Source: Candidatus Poriferihabitaceae bacterium
GTDB lineage: Bacteria > Pseudomonadota > Gammaproteobacteria > Arenicellales > Poriferihabitantaceae
Assembly: GCA_965237485.1 (NCBI GenBank)
Contig: CBDEFQ010000003.1
Location: 6,554 to 70,553, forward strand
Reading direction: 5' to 3'
DNA: 64,000 nt
Shown here: positions 19,407-29,149 of the stretch, one piece after another
Numbering within the stretch: position 1 is the stretch's first letter
How the letters are laid out: every line of letters begins with the position of its first letter
Notes under the pieces: generated by a model
What the model was told of the DNA's origin: nothing
Database searches by the model: none
What the model saw: only the letters and a program-made list of their open reading frames with translations
Translations under genes and position numbers: made by a program

Positions 19407-20333
19407 ATGAAAAAGAAGCCAGTCAAAACAATCAGCATATTAGATTTACTCAATATGTTTTCAACCGAAGAAAAGGCGGTTGAGTGGTTAGAATGTGTAC
19501 GCTGGGGTGAATCTCCTATCTGTGCTCATTGCGGCTGTGTTGAAAATATAAATGAAGCCAAAACAAAAAGGTTTACCTATTGGTGCTGTAATTGTCACAA
19601 GCAGTTTACAGTCAAAACAAATACAATCATGCACTCTTCAAAGTTGTCTATGCAAAAATGGGTGGTTGCTATATATTATCTTTTAACAGCTAGAAAAGGC
19701 ATATCAAGTATGCAGTTATCAAAAGAGTTAGGCATCACACAAAAGTCGGCGTGGTTCATGCTACAACGTATTCGTGAGTCTTGTAGTCAAGGTGACTTTA
19801 AGCTATCAAAAGTAGTTGAAGTTGATGAAACTTATATCGGTGGTAAAGAAAAAAACAAACACAGTAATAAGAAGCTAAACGGTGGGCGAGGCGCAGTGGG
19901 TAAAGCTGCTGTATTCGGTATGCGCGAAAGAGAAGGAAAAGTTAAAGCTATGGTAGTGACAACTACTACTAAGGAGTCGCTACAAGGAACGATTACCGAT
20001 AATGTAGAAAAAGGTTCAACAGTTTACACAGACGATCGTAGATCATATTTAGGATTACAAGGCTACGGTCACAGCACAGTCAATCATTCAGCTAAAGAAT
20101 ACGTCAATGGTATGGCTCACACTAATGGTATTGAGAGCGTTTGGGCAGTGCTTAAACGTGGTTATAATGGCGTTTATCACAACATGAGCGTTAAGCACTT
20201 GGGGCGTTATGTTAATGAGTTCACCTTTAGATTGAATGAAGGCAATGTAGGAATTGATACTATTGATCGGATGGCGGCATTGGGTAAGTCTGTAGGCAAT
20301 AAGAGATTAACCTATGCGGAGTTAATAAGATGA
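19407..20333 (+). CDS. IS1595-family (ISXO2-like) DDE transposase with N-terminal zinc ribbon
   Basis: 308 aa. Zinc ribbon CAHCG...CCNCH. Family-typical blocks VEVDETYIGG, VYTDDRRSY and HTNGIESVWAVLKRG. Confidence 0.85.
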   Translation: MKKKPVKTISILDLLNMFSTEEKAVEWLECVRWGESPICAHCGCVENINEAKTKRFTYWCCNCHKQFTVKTNTIMHSSKLSMQKWVVAIYYLLTARKGISSMQLSKELGITQKSAWFMLQRIRESCSQGDFKLSKVVEVDETYIGGKEKNKHSNKKLNGGRGAVGKAAVFGMREREGKVKAMVVTTTTKESLQGTITDNVEKGSTVYTDDRRSYLGLQGYGHSTVNHSAKEYVNGMAHTNGIESVWAVLKRGYNGVYHNMSVKHLGRYVNEFTFRLNEGNVGIDTIDRMAALGKSVGNKRLTYAELIR

Positions 20334-21277
20334 ACACTATATGTTTACAATCTCTAGCAACTATAAATAGAAATATTGCTTGGCGGAATAACCCTTCAAT
20401 ACCAAAATGGGTTGATATTGAAGAAGTTGGGCTTGACCAATTTTTCACGGCGCCCAAAATCGCCGAATATTGCCATCAGAGCATGATTTCAATTATGGGT
20501 AATGATGGGGCAAATGAGGATCACTACAAATTCATAGAGCCTTCTGCCGGGTCGTGTGTATTTCTTGATTTATTGCCAGAAGACCGAAGAATAGGAATAG
20601 ATATCATGCCGCTACGATCAGACGTGATTGAGCACGACTTTTTAGAATGGAGAATACAACCAAATTGCTTGAGTTACGCGACAATTGGAAACCCGCCTTT
20701 TGGGTATAGAGCATGGCTTGCTCTTGCATTTATGAACCATGCTGCAACTTTCTCGGATTATGTAGGTATGATATTGCCCATGGCGTTCCAGAGTGATGGA
20801 AAAGGTAGTCCAAAGCATCGAGTGAAAGGTTTACAGTTATTGCATTCAGAAACTTTGCCACAAGATAGCTTTACGGATTTCCATGGTAAATCCGTAAAGA
20901 TTAATGGACTTTGGCAAGTATGGAAGCGTGGCGTTAATAACAAACAGCCCGTTAAAAAATGCTCTGATTGGGTGGAGCTACTTACAGTAGACCAAAGGAA
21001 AGAGAGATTATGCGGTCATAACAGAATGAATGAGGCTGACTTCTTTTTACAAAGAACTTTCTACAAAGAGCCTCCAAAGCCCGTTAAATGCTTTTCTGAT
21101 GTGAAATATGTATGCGGTTATGGGATTGTAATAAAAAAATCCAAGGATAAGATAATAAAGCTTCTAAATGAAACTGACTGGCGGATGTATAGTAATCTAG
21201 CCGCCCATAACTGTAGGCATATTAGTATGTACCATATTGAAAAAGTATTAACAGACAATGGTTATTTAAATGATTAA
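20330..21277 (+). CDS. N6-adenine DNA methyltransferase (gamma-type motif order)
   Basis: 315 aa. The AdoMet motif FIEPSAGSCVF lies upstream of the catalytic motif IGNPPFG. Its ATGA start overlaps the transposase stop. Confidence 0.75.
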   Translation: MNTICLQSLATINRNIAWRNNPSIPKWVDIEEVGLDQFFTAPKIAEYCHQSMISIMGNDGANEDHYKFIEPSAGSCVFLDLLPEDRRIGIDIMPLRSDVIEHDFLEWRIQPNCLSYATIGNPPFGYRAWLALAFMNHAATFSDYVGMILPMAFQSDGKGSPKHRVKGLQLLHSETLPQDSFTDFHGKSVKINGLWQVWKRGVNNKQPVKKCSDWVELLTVDQRKERLCGHNRMNEADFFLQRTFYKEPPKPVKCFSDVKYVCGYGIVIKKSKDKIIKLLNETDWRMYSNLAAHNCRHISMYHIEKVLTDNGYLND

Positions 21278-21804
21278 CCCTAAAGAAATACTATTGGAAG
21301 TACTCAGCAATCATGGTGATGCAAACAAGTGGAATGAAGCCACTTTTGAGCATATAAAGCGGGTATCCAATACTAAAGTAGGTGAAGTTGGGCAAGACTT
21401 TGTTGAAAAGCTCTGTGCTGACCTTGGTTATGAGTGTATTTTCCCACTCAATAAAAAAAGGTGTTCGTGCAAAACAAAATCCTTGGGATATTCAGATCAA
21501 TGGTGTTCAACTTGAACTTAAGACAGCTACAGAAGATGTGAGCGGTTCGTTTCAATTCAATCACATTAAATATCATAGGCCGTATCATGGGGTTATGTGC
21601 ATAGGCGTTGCTCCACATGAAATATTTTTCAATGTCTGGTCGAAAGCAGATATTTCAACAGGCGCGGCAGGGACATTGGTATCAATGGAGAAAAATGCTA
21701 ATGCTAGTTATAAGCTAACTAAAAAGCCTAAAGGTCTACACCCTATTGACGATTTCGATAGGAAATTGAGAGTTTTTTTGGCTAGCTTTGTAAACCAAGA
21801 GTGA
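21270..21804 (+). pseudogene. PD-(D/E)xK-type restriction endonuclease candidate, frameshifted in an A7 tract
   Basis: Two overlapping ORFs (21270-21515 and 21382-21804) join if the A7 run at 21453-21459 loses one A: ...GYECIFPLNKKGVRAKQNPWDIQINGVQLELKTATED (a D-x9-ExK pattern). The start overlaps the methyltransferase stop by 8 nt. Confidence 0.6.
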
Positions 21805-22840
21805 GCAAGCTGCCCATGAAACAACCAACAAAAAAGCAGCTTGAGAAAGCAGTTAAAACCACTCTATTCAGCATCCCCGAAAAGAAGGCTGAATACCAGA
21901 ACAAGAAGCCGACCAAAGAGCAGCTAAATCAAAAATTTAAACTTGAGAAGCGCAGGTAATAAAACTGGCCCCACGGATTTATGTATATAATTCCCTTTTA
22001 ATTGATCGGTTTGCTCAAAGTCGGGTAAGTTGATCAACTGATCTTCACCACTGACTAAAACTTCAGAATGCTGCCCGTCTTTATCTTCAAGCAAACCTTG
22101 TGCCATCTCAACTGCGGTCTGCATAGCTTGGTGCATCGAGCTTGAGTCCATTTTCATTTTATCGAGTAAATCAAGGCGGACTTCCGACATTGATCTTCTA
22201 GCATAAGCGTCATTGAAATAATTTGCCGCTTGAACCAACTCAGAATCAGAGTAATCTTGTTCGACCTTAATCACTTTATTTTCTACCAAACCATCTTCGT
22301 AACCAATATAGCGAGGATTCGCTGATGGCTTAGGCGCAGAAACTCTATTTGCTTAAAATGGCTGTATTCGCTGTTGGGCATCGACACCACGCCCGCGAAT
22401 GACGTCAGCTTCGATAATATCTTTGATGCGTTTTAAATCAGTTCTTTAGGATCATTATATTGTCCCAACACTTGTTGAATTTGATTGCTGGCAGCGGCTT
22501 CAAGTGGCTGGCTGTTTAACATACTGTTGATGTAAACCCTATAACCTGCGCAAGTGGGAATACGCCCCGCTGAAGTATGCGGTGCGCGAATGAGTCCAAT
22601 CTGTTCCAAATCTGCCCTCACATTGCGCACCGTTGCTGAGCTCACTTGCAACTCCTGTGATTTTGCTAAGGTGGTTGAGCCAACCGGTGTGCCTGACTCA
22701 ACATAATGCCGAATCAATTGATTGAGCACGGTACCAGCACGATCAGAGATATTATTTAAGTTATCAACCAAAGTGTTCAATATACGCAGTTTGCTTTGAA
22801 GGTTATAATACCAAAGTGTCTAAGAATCTGCTTGCTCTGA

Positions 22841-23701
22841 ATGGATAAAAAAACGGTTGGCCTGTTTGGCAAATATGCCTCAAATAGTGTTGAAGTGTCA
22901 TTACTTAAGGTAAAGGCGCTTCTTGAAGGCTATGGGGAAACTGTTTTGATGGGCGATAGCACTTCATCTGATCTCACGGACCTACAACTACTTGCCACAC
23001 CTGAAGATTACAAGAGCTTGGACTATGCCGTGGTGGTGGGTGGTGACGGTACTTTATTGCACGCAGCGCGCGCATTAGCACCTTACTCGGTACCAGTTGT
23101 TGGAATCAATTTGGGAAGGCTTGGTTTTCTCACTGACATTCCTGCAGACGAAATTGAAGAGGGTATCAAAGCGATTCGTGAAGGCAATTTTAGCCTCGAA
23201 AACCGCACTATGTTGCAAACCGAAGTGATTAACGATGGTAAAACATCGAGCCAATACACTTCACTTAATGATGTCGTAATTAGCAAGGGTGGCACCGGAC
23301 GCTTAATAGAAGTAGATATTCACGTCAACGGCATGTTTGTATCTCGCACCCGTAGCGACGGCATGATCATTGCAACACCCACTGGATCAACCGCTTATGC
23401 ACTATCGGCTGGAGGCCCAATTGTCGAACCAACCCTGCGCGTATTGACCATTGTTCCAATCAGCCCTCACACATTGAGCCACCGCCCTATTATCATTAAT
23501 CAAAATAGTGTGATAGATATATCCCTAGTGGATATGGAAGACAACCTAGCCACTATGACCACCGACGGGATCGTCCATCGTCGCCTGCAGCATGACGACA
23601 CAATCCGCATACAAAATGCGGAAGTAGAGTTACAGCTTATGCGCATCCATAACCACAGCCACTTTGAAGCTCTGCGCTCAAAACTGGGCTGGTCATATTA
23701 G
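22841..23701 (+). CDS. nadK: NAD kinase
   Basis: 286 aa with GGDGT(LL), NLGRLGFLTD and TPTGSTAYALSAGGPIV. Confidence 0.93.
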   Translation: MDKKTVGLFGKYASNSVEVSLLKVKALLEGYGETVLMGDSTSSDLTDLQLLATPEDYKSLDYAVVVGGDGTLLHAARALAPYSVPVVGINLGRLGFLTDIPADEIEEGIKAIREGNFSLENRTMLQTEVINDGKTSSQYTSLNDVVISKGGTGRLIEVDIHVNGMFVSRTRSDGMIIATPTGSTAYALSAGGPIVEPTLRVLTIVPISPHTLSHRPIIINQNSVIDISLVDMEDNLATMTTDGIVHRRLQHDDTIRIQNAEVELQLMRIHNHSHFEALRSKLGWSY

Positions 23702-23717
23702 ACTCAATTAGCTGACG

Positions 23718-25388
23718 GTGCTTGACTGGATAGATATCAAAGACTTCGCTATTGCCAAGCACGTTGAACTGGATTTTGATGCTGGGCTTAGTGTTATAAC
23801 CGGTGAAACTGGAGCGGGAAAATCGATCTTTATTAACGCATTGAGCGTTGTTTTAGGCAATCGTGCTGATAGCGCGATGGTGCGCCACGGCCAAACTAAG
23901 GCTGAAATACAGGCTAGGTTTAGTTTGCCGGAGGGGCACAAGGCGATTGAGTGGCTAAATCAACAAGAACTGTTAGATGACGATCAATGCATCTTAAGGC
24001 GCGTGCTGCACACAGATAAAAGCAGTAAAGCCTTTGTCAATGGCCGAGCTGTTTCTGCCTCGCAAATGAAACAACTGGGGAGTATGTTGGTAGATATTCA
24101 TGGTCAACACGAACACCAATCTCTGCTCAAACCACAAGCCCAGCAAGAGTTACTGGATCAATACGGGAACTGCACTCAAACTGCTGCTGAACTTAGGGGT
24201 GAATATAAAGCCCTAAATCAAGCGCAAGAGGAGTTAGCCGATATTACAAGGCAGGAGACAGATCTTCGTGACCGCTTGGAATTGGTTAACTTTCAATTGC
24301 AAGAGCTACAAAGCTTTGCACCTGAAGAAAACGAATGGCCTGCGCTAGAAAGTGACCATAAGTGCTTGCACCATCTAGCCCAAGTGCAGCATGCCGGACG
24401 AGCGGCTAAGGGACTATTGTCAGGTAACAATGCTGAAGAGAGCAGTGCAACTGACAAGGTAGCCAACGCACGGCATCAATTGGACTCTATTGTTGACTAT
24501 GTTCCCGAACTAAAAGATGTTATTAGCACTTTGGCAGAAACGGAAATTTTACTCAATGATAGCGTTAGCAATTTGGACCGCTTATTAAATAACTCTGAAC
24601 TAGATGAGCAAACATTAGCTGCCGTTGAAGCACGTTTTTCTGAATTTCATGTGCTAGCGCGCAAATACCAAACTTCTCCAGAAAAGTTATCCGACACGCT
24701 GACTAAATTGCAGGAGACTCAACGAGCTTTATCTAACCCTGAAGCTGAAAAAACACTGTTGATAGCGAAGATCCAGGCCCATACAGAGAAATACCATAAA
24801 ATCGCGAAGCGACTAACTAGCCAGCGCGAAAAAGCCGCAGAAAAGCTGTCGAAGAGCGTGACCAATTCGATGCAACACCTGGGTTTAAAAGGTGGCAGTT
24901 TTCATATTAAATTAGTATTGGTAGCCTCAGAAAATGGCTCAGCACACGGAAATGAATCCGTGTCGTTTGAAGTAGTCACCAATCCAGGTTTCCCCGCTCA
25001 AAGCTTGGCGCGGGTTGCGTCTGGCGGCGAACTATCGAGAATATCGTTGGCCATTCAAGTGTTACTTGCAGAGAACAAAACCAGTTCGAGCATGGTATTT
25101 GACGAAGTTGACGTGGGGGTTGGCGGGCAAACTGCTGCAATCGTAGGTAAATTATTAAGTGAATTGGCAGCGCATAGTCAAATATTATGCATCACCCATC
25201 TTGCGCAAGTTGCTGCTCACGGGCACGCGCATTACAAAGTGCAGAAAAATAATGATGACGAAACCAATACTCAGATACAAGCACTCGACCAAAATGATAG
25301 AGTTGTCGAAATTGCACGCATGGTCGGCGGAGAACAATTGACTGATGAATCCATGGCCCACGCAAAGAGCTTATTAAAGCAAGCTTAA
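23718..25388 (+). CDS. recN: DNA repair protein RecN
   Basis: 556 aa with N-terminal Walker A GETGAGKS, a central coiled coil, and C-terminal signature ASGGELSRISLA plus Walker B FDEVDVG. Confidence 0.95.
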   Translation: MLDWIDIKDFAIAKHVELDFDAGLSVITGETGAGKSIFINALSVVLGNRADSAMVRHGQTKAEIQARFSLPEGHKAIEWLNQQELLDDDQCILRRVLHTDKSSKAFVNGRAVSASQMKQLGSMLVDIHGQHEHQSLLKPQAQQELLDQYGNCTQTAAELRGEYKALNQAQEELADITRQETDLRDRLELVNFQLQELQSFAPEENEWPALESDHKCLHHLAQVQHAGRAAKGLLSGNNAEESSATDKVANARHQLDSIVDYVPELKDVISTLAETEILLNDSVSNLDRLLNNSELDEQTLAAVEARFSEFHVLARKYQTSPEKLSDTLTKLQETQRALSNPEAEKTLLIAKIQAHTEKYHKIAKRLTSQREKAAEKLSKSVTNSMQHLGLKGGSFHIKLVLVASENGSAHGNESVSFEVVTNPGFPAQSLARVASGGELSRISLAIQVLLAENKTSSSMVFDEVDVGVGGQTAAIVGKLLSELAAHSQILCITHLAQVAAHGHAHYKVQKNNDDETNTQIQALDQNDRVVEIARMVGGEQLTDESMAHAKSLLKQA

Positions 25389-25862
25389 ATGAACTTTAGT
25401 ATACGACCAGCGCTCGCGAGCGACGCAAAAGGCATCCACACCCTGTTACTTAAATACAGTCAACAGGAAGTGCTTTTACCGCGACCGTTAAGTGAAATTT
25501 ACGCCCTTATTCCGCAGTTCTTCATCGCCGAAGTGGATGATAAGCTCGTTGGTTGCAGTGCTCTCGAAGTGTTCACCTCTGAATTAGGCGAGGTCAGAAG
25601 CCTTGCTGTTGACCCGCAATACAAAGGCTACAAAATTGGTGAGGGCTTGCTAACGGAGGTTGAAGGCTATGCAAAGAACATTGGCTTATCTAAAATAATG
25701 GCCTTAACGTATGTTGATAAGTTCTTCCACAAATTCGGTTATAAAACCGTTATGATGACACAATTACCTGAAAAAGTTTGGGGCGTATGTGTAAAATGCC
25801 CGAAGTTCAATAATTGCGATGAAGTCGCCGTGTTAAAACGCTTACCTCAGTCTAACCTATGA
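25389..25862 (+). CDS. GNAT-family N-acetyltransferase
   Basis: 157 aa with an acetyl-CoA binding-like segment VRSLAVDPQYKGYKIGEGLL. Confidence 0.65.
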   Translation: MNFSIRPALASDAKGIHTLLLKYSQQEVLLPRPLSEIYALIPQFFIAEVDDKLVGCSALEVFTSELGEVRSLAVDPQYKGYKIGEGLLTEVEGYAKNIGLSKIMALTYVDKFFHKFGYKTVMMTQLPEKVWGVCVKCPKFNNCDEVAVLKRLPQSNL

Positions 25863-26149
25863 AATTTTTTGTTATTGGTGTTTTGTTATTGATATCAACC
25901 GGCTGCATCTACAAAACAGATGTTCATCAAGGAAATGTCATTAGCAATGAAAGCCTAGAAAAACTTGAAACGGGTATGACGCAAGACCAAGTGCTTTCCT
26001 TATTAGGCTCACCGCTTATAACGGACGCCTTTCATAGCAATCGCTGGGATTATTATAGTTATTCTAAAACTGGCAAAAAACGCCTGGTAGATCAGAAGCT
26101 GGTCACGCTAAACTTTTCTGATGGGCTGCTCACATCGATAGCAAGATAA
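25859..26149 (+). CDS. bamE: Outer membrane protein assembly factor BamE (SmpA/OmlA)
   Basis: 96-aa lipoprotein (LISTGC) containing DVHQGNVISNESLEKLETGMTQDQVLSLLGSP. It lies downstream of recN as in E. coli. Confidence 0.85.
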   Translation: MKFFVIGVLLLISTGCIYKTDVHQGNVISNESLEKLETGMTQDQVLSLLGSPLITDAFHSNRWDYYSYSKTGKKRLVDQKLVTLNFSDGLLTSIAR

Positions 26150-26172
26150 GTAAAAAAGTGGTTTTGAGCGAC

Positions 26173-26200
26173 AAAAAAGCCGGCGAGAAGCCGGCTTTTT
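26173..26200 (+). terminator. Rho-independent (bidirectional-type) terminator after bamE
   Basis: AAAAAAGCCGGCGAGAAGCCGGCTTTTT. Confidence 0.8.
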
Positions 26201-26447
26201 CGTTAGCGTAGTGCTGTCGAATCAACCTTAGTCAATAACTTCGTAACCTTCTGAAAAAGTCACTCCAGCTAGGCTTCTCTACCGGTTCTTCTGCCATTCC
26301 TGGGGTTTCCGCTAAACGGCCTCCGCTTCTTCAGCTATTTCGACTTCTTCAATAACTTTCGCGTCAACAATTACTATCTCTTCTTCAAAACTAGCGGTAA
26401 AGGAAAACAGGCCGGAACCTATCCATATTCCAACATAATGATTCCTT

Positions 26448-27650
26448 GAGAGCGCAGCGTAACTCACGATTTTAGTTTGATATTTTCGAAGCACTCATTT
26501 TTTGAGCTATATTTGCCCAGTTTCGCGTATTCGATCATCATTTAGTCACTATTTTATCAATTCGAGCACCTAAGCCATATTAAAGGCACAACTATCCAGC
26601 ATAGTGCCAATCAGGCAAGCCATACAAGCTTAAGAACTTAGCACCTTTACGGATATTCGCTGCCATCGCCGCTAGGCCGTAAACAGTCTGGTTCTTCGCT
26701 AGCCCCATGAACCGAGTGCGAGCTAAACCATAATGCTGCTTGTAAGTCGCAAAGAGCCGTTCGCCACCTGCTCGCGTTACCGCAATAACTGCATTACGGG
26801 TACGGTCTGCATCTGACAACGGATTACCTCGATAGCCCTTGCGTTGAACCTGATCATCAATTCCAAGTTGCTCCAGTTTATCTCGCGTCTCCTCAGAACT
26901 ATACGCCGCATCAGCATATAGGGCAGTCTCATCGCCCAACAGCAATTCATCGCGCAGTTGGCTGTCATGAACATGCCCTGGCGTCACATTCTGGTGCTGA
27001 ACAAACCCATCCTCATCAACTCCCGTATGCACTGAGTAGCCATAGGTAGACTTCTTTCGACCTCGGCTGTCATTTTTGACATGCCAGCTCGCTTCAGGGT
27101 CTCGCTTAGGCGTCCCGTCTTTGCCGTTACCATTTCCAGAACGAGCCGCTTCTATAGGTGTTGCATCTATAATGTTGATGCGCCCCTTGCTCATAATAAC
27201 GTTCTTCGCTTCAAGTTGACGATTGATCTCACCTAGCAAGCGGTCCCACAGTTCGTGCTCCATTAACTGGTTACGAAAGCGCCCAAGGGTCGAAGCTTCA
27301 GGTACATCGCCGCCTAACTCAAAGCGGCAAAACTTACGAAACAATAAATCTCTAAATAAGCACTGTGCTAACTCCCTATCCGACAGTTCATACCAAATTC
27401 CCAGCATCAAGCTGCGGAACAAACTAAGTAATGGATAACTAGGGCGGCCAGTAGTGCCAGCATAAATAGATGAAAGCAGTGTCTCTATTTCGCTCCAATC
27501 TAATAGTGCTTCTGTATCATCAAGACTATGCAGAATTGGATGATCCAAATCTGATCTTGATACTAATAAATCTCGTTGGGTGGCGAATGGTTTTTGCATG
27601 CCTAATTTTAACAAATTATGTAGATACTCGATGAGTTATGCTGCACTCTC
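26448..27650 (-). mobile_element. IS5-family element (IS5-a), copy A, 1203 bp
   Basis: IRs GAGAGTGCAGCATAACTCATCGAG / GAGAGCGCAGCGTAACTCACGATT. Direct repeat TCCTT at 26443-26447 and 27651-27655. Two further copies lie at 44334-45536 and 56031-57233. Confidence 0.9.
26592..27614 (-). CDS. IS5-family transposase
   Basis: 340 aa with an InsH-like N-terminal region (LSLFRSLMLGIWYELSDRELA) and a DDE core (IIDATPIEA, YADAAYSS). Confidence 0.9.
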   Translation of the reverse strand: MLKLGMQKPFATQRDLLVSRSDLDHPILHSLDDTEALLDWSEIETLLSSIYAGTTGRPSYPLLSLFRSLMLGIWYELSDRELAQCLFRDLLFRKFCRFELGGDVPEASTLGRFRNQLMEHELWDRLLGEINRQLEAKNVIMSKGRINIIDATPIEAARSGNGNGKDGTPKRDPEASWHVKNDSRGRKKSTYGYSVHTGVDEDGFVQHQNVTPGHVHDSQLRDELLLGDETALYADAAYSSEETRDKLEQLGIDDQVQRKGYRGNPLSDADRTRNAVIAVTRAGGERLFATYKQHYGLARTRFMGLAKNQTVYGLAAMAANIRKGAKFLSLYGLPDWHYAG

Positions 27651-28305
27651 TCCTTATGAAAAACTTAAATCATTGCCTAATGCCAATGTATTTCTCAAGG
27701 CTCAAATCTCGTTTTCACTGCTCGACGATATTGTTTATAAAATAAGCGATGACGATGCTACAAAACAACTTAACCAAGAAAAATCTAAACGCTATAAAGA
27801 ACTCGGCAGCAAGCTACCGAGTTTTAGAGTAATCCCAACTGACGACTCATAGATTCATGTTCATCCAACTCCAAAAGTTGATTCTGTACATAAACCCGCA
27901 TCGTATCTTCATTCGCGTTTCCTATCGTTTCGACAAAACAGCTCTAAGACCGCAACTACCTCCCCAAAAATATCACTTATTAATCTCCGGATAAAGCCTA
28001 AAAAATCTCGAGTCGATAAACATGATGCGCATTTCTTTGAATATCCATAAGCGAAACAGCCAAAATGGGATAAATCCCATTTTAAGCTATTCAGCTCGGG
28101 GGCAAGCCCCCGAGATTTTCGCTAATCGAGTTAAAACCACCTTATGAACAGAACTGGTAAATCACTTTCTCGATATCATTTCAGTATTGGAATAGACTCG
28201 GAGAAATATACCATTGTCTAGAAAATTAGCCTGTAGAAAATAACAAAATGTATCAATTCTCCATCAACCTACATTTATCAAACTTCATCAAACTTAACTA
28301 AAATT

Positions 28306-28656
28306 ATGGCCCAAGACTTACTGTTTACCAAAATTATTAACGGCGATCTGCCTGCAGATATTGTGTTTAGCAATGAGCGCGTAACTGCTTTTAGAGACGT
28401 TCATCCGCAAGCACCTACGCACATTTTGATCATTCCCAATAAACGAATTCCAACAGTCAATGATATTGAAAAAGAGGACGAAGCAGTAATCGGCGAATTA
28501 TTCAGCGTCGCTAAACGATTGGCTAAGCAAGAAGGTTTGAGTGAGGATGGATTTCGACTAATTGTTAATTGTAATCAACACGGCGGGCAAGAAGTTTACC
28601 ACCTGCATATGCACTTATTAGGGGGCAAGCCGTTGGGTCCAATGCTTAGCGCTTGA
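28306..28656 (+). CDS. HIT-family (HinT-like) nucleotide hydrolase
   Basis: 116 aa with the histidine triad HLHMHLLGG. Confidence 0.85.
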   Translation: MAQDLLFTKIINGDLPADIVFSNERVTAFRDVHPQAPTHILIIPNKRIPTVNDIEKEDEAVIGELFSVAKRLAKQEGLSEDGFRLIVNCNQHGGQEVYHLHMHLLGGKPLGPMLSA

Positions 28657-28657
28657 G

Positions 28658-29143
28658 CTAGGCCTTTTCGTAGCGTACATCAACCACTTCAAATTGACGT
28701 AATCCACCCGGTGCTTGAAACTTAACTTCATCGTCAACTTCTTTTCCGATTAATGCGCGCGCAATGGGTGAATTAACTGATATTTTACCTTGTTCCACAT
28801 TGCTTTCTAAATCACCAACAATTTGGTAGGTCACTTCTTCTTCCGACTCAATATCAAATAACACAACATAAGCCCCAAATATTACTTTGCCTTGCACTGC
28901 AGTTTTTGACGCATCGATAACTTCCGCAACCGATAGCTTGGACTCCAACTCCTTAATTCTGCCTTCGATAAAAGAGTGTTGCTCCCTAGCCGCATGATAT
29001 TCAGCATTTTCAGATAAATCACCGTGAGTGCGGGCTTCAGCCACAGCAGTCACGATATTAGGGCGTTCAACGCTCTTTAAATTCTTTAACTCGGCTCGCA
29101 AAGCGACTTCACCACTTGGAGTTAATAGAATACGTTCGACCAT
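28658..29143 (-). CDS. greA: Transcription elongation factor GreA
   Basis: 161 aa with [16 protein letters not shown] and a C-terminal FKBP-like domain. Confidence 0.93.
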   Translation of the reverse strand: MVERILLTPSGEVALRAELKNLKSVERPNIVTAVAEARTHGDLSENAEYHAAREQHSFIEGRIKELESKLSVAEVIDASKTAVQGKVIFGAYVVLFDIESEEEVTYQIVGDLESNVEQGKISVNSPIARALIGKEVDDEVKFQAPGGLRQFEVVDVRYEKA

Positions 29144-29149
29144 GATAAT

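Larger units (their letters stand above)
19312..21995 (+). mobile_element. IS1595-family transporter IS carrying a restriction-modification cargo (2684 bp)
   Basis: Perfect 24-bp TIR GGGAATTATATACATAAATCCGTG at both ends. 8-bp target duplication TTTTAATT at 19304-19311 and 21996-22003. It contains transposase, methyltransferase and endonuclease ORFs with overlapping stop/start codons. Confidence 0.85.
19037..22780 (-). pseudogene. hrcA: Heat-inducible transcription repressor HrcA, inactivated three ways
   Basis: The N-terminal wHTH (22780-22436) ends at an in-frame TAA at 22433-22435. The next segment, NASKILSKLTSFAGVVSMPNSEYSHFKQIEFLRLSHQRILAILVTK, is followed by a 1-nt frameshift near 22296. 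The body is then split by a 2.68-kb insertion. The C-terminal piece at 19037-19311 ends ...[31 protein letters not shown]. Confidence 0.85.
26230..28199 (+). mobile_element. Degenerate 3' remnant of an ISX-like (rve-type) element, split by an IS5 copy
   Basis: The flanks of the IS5 copy read ...GKGKQAGTYPYSNIMIP | YEKLKSLPNANVFLKAQISFSLLDDIVYKISDDDATKQLNQEK. This parallels ...NKGKQVKTYPYRNMMTPYEKLKSLTNAQSYLKTHISFTMLDDIVYQMTDNEAAKQLNEEK of ORF 54861-55922. The end motif GTATTGGAATAGACTC is shared with 55948-55963. Confidence 0.5.

Noticed and set aside
21816-21959. 47-codon Lys-rich ORF (MKQPTKKQLEKAVKTTLFSIPEKKAEYQNKKPTKEQLNQKFKLEKRR) inside the IS1595 transporter element
   Set aside because: It has no recognisable domain or HTH and is below normal calling length. 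It is mentioned only as a possible cargo or controller gene.
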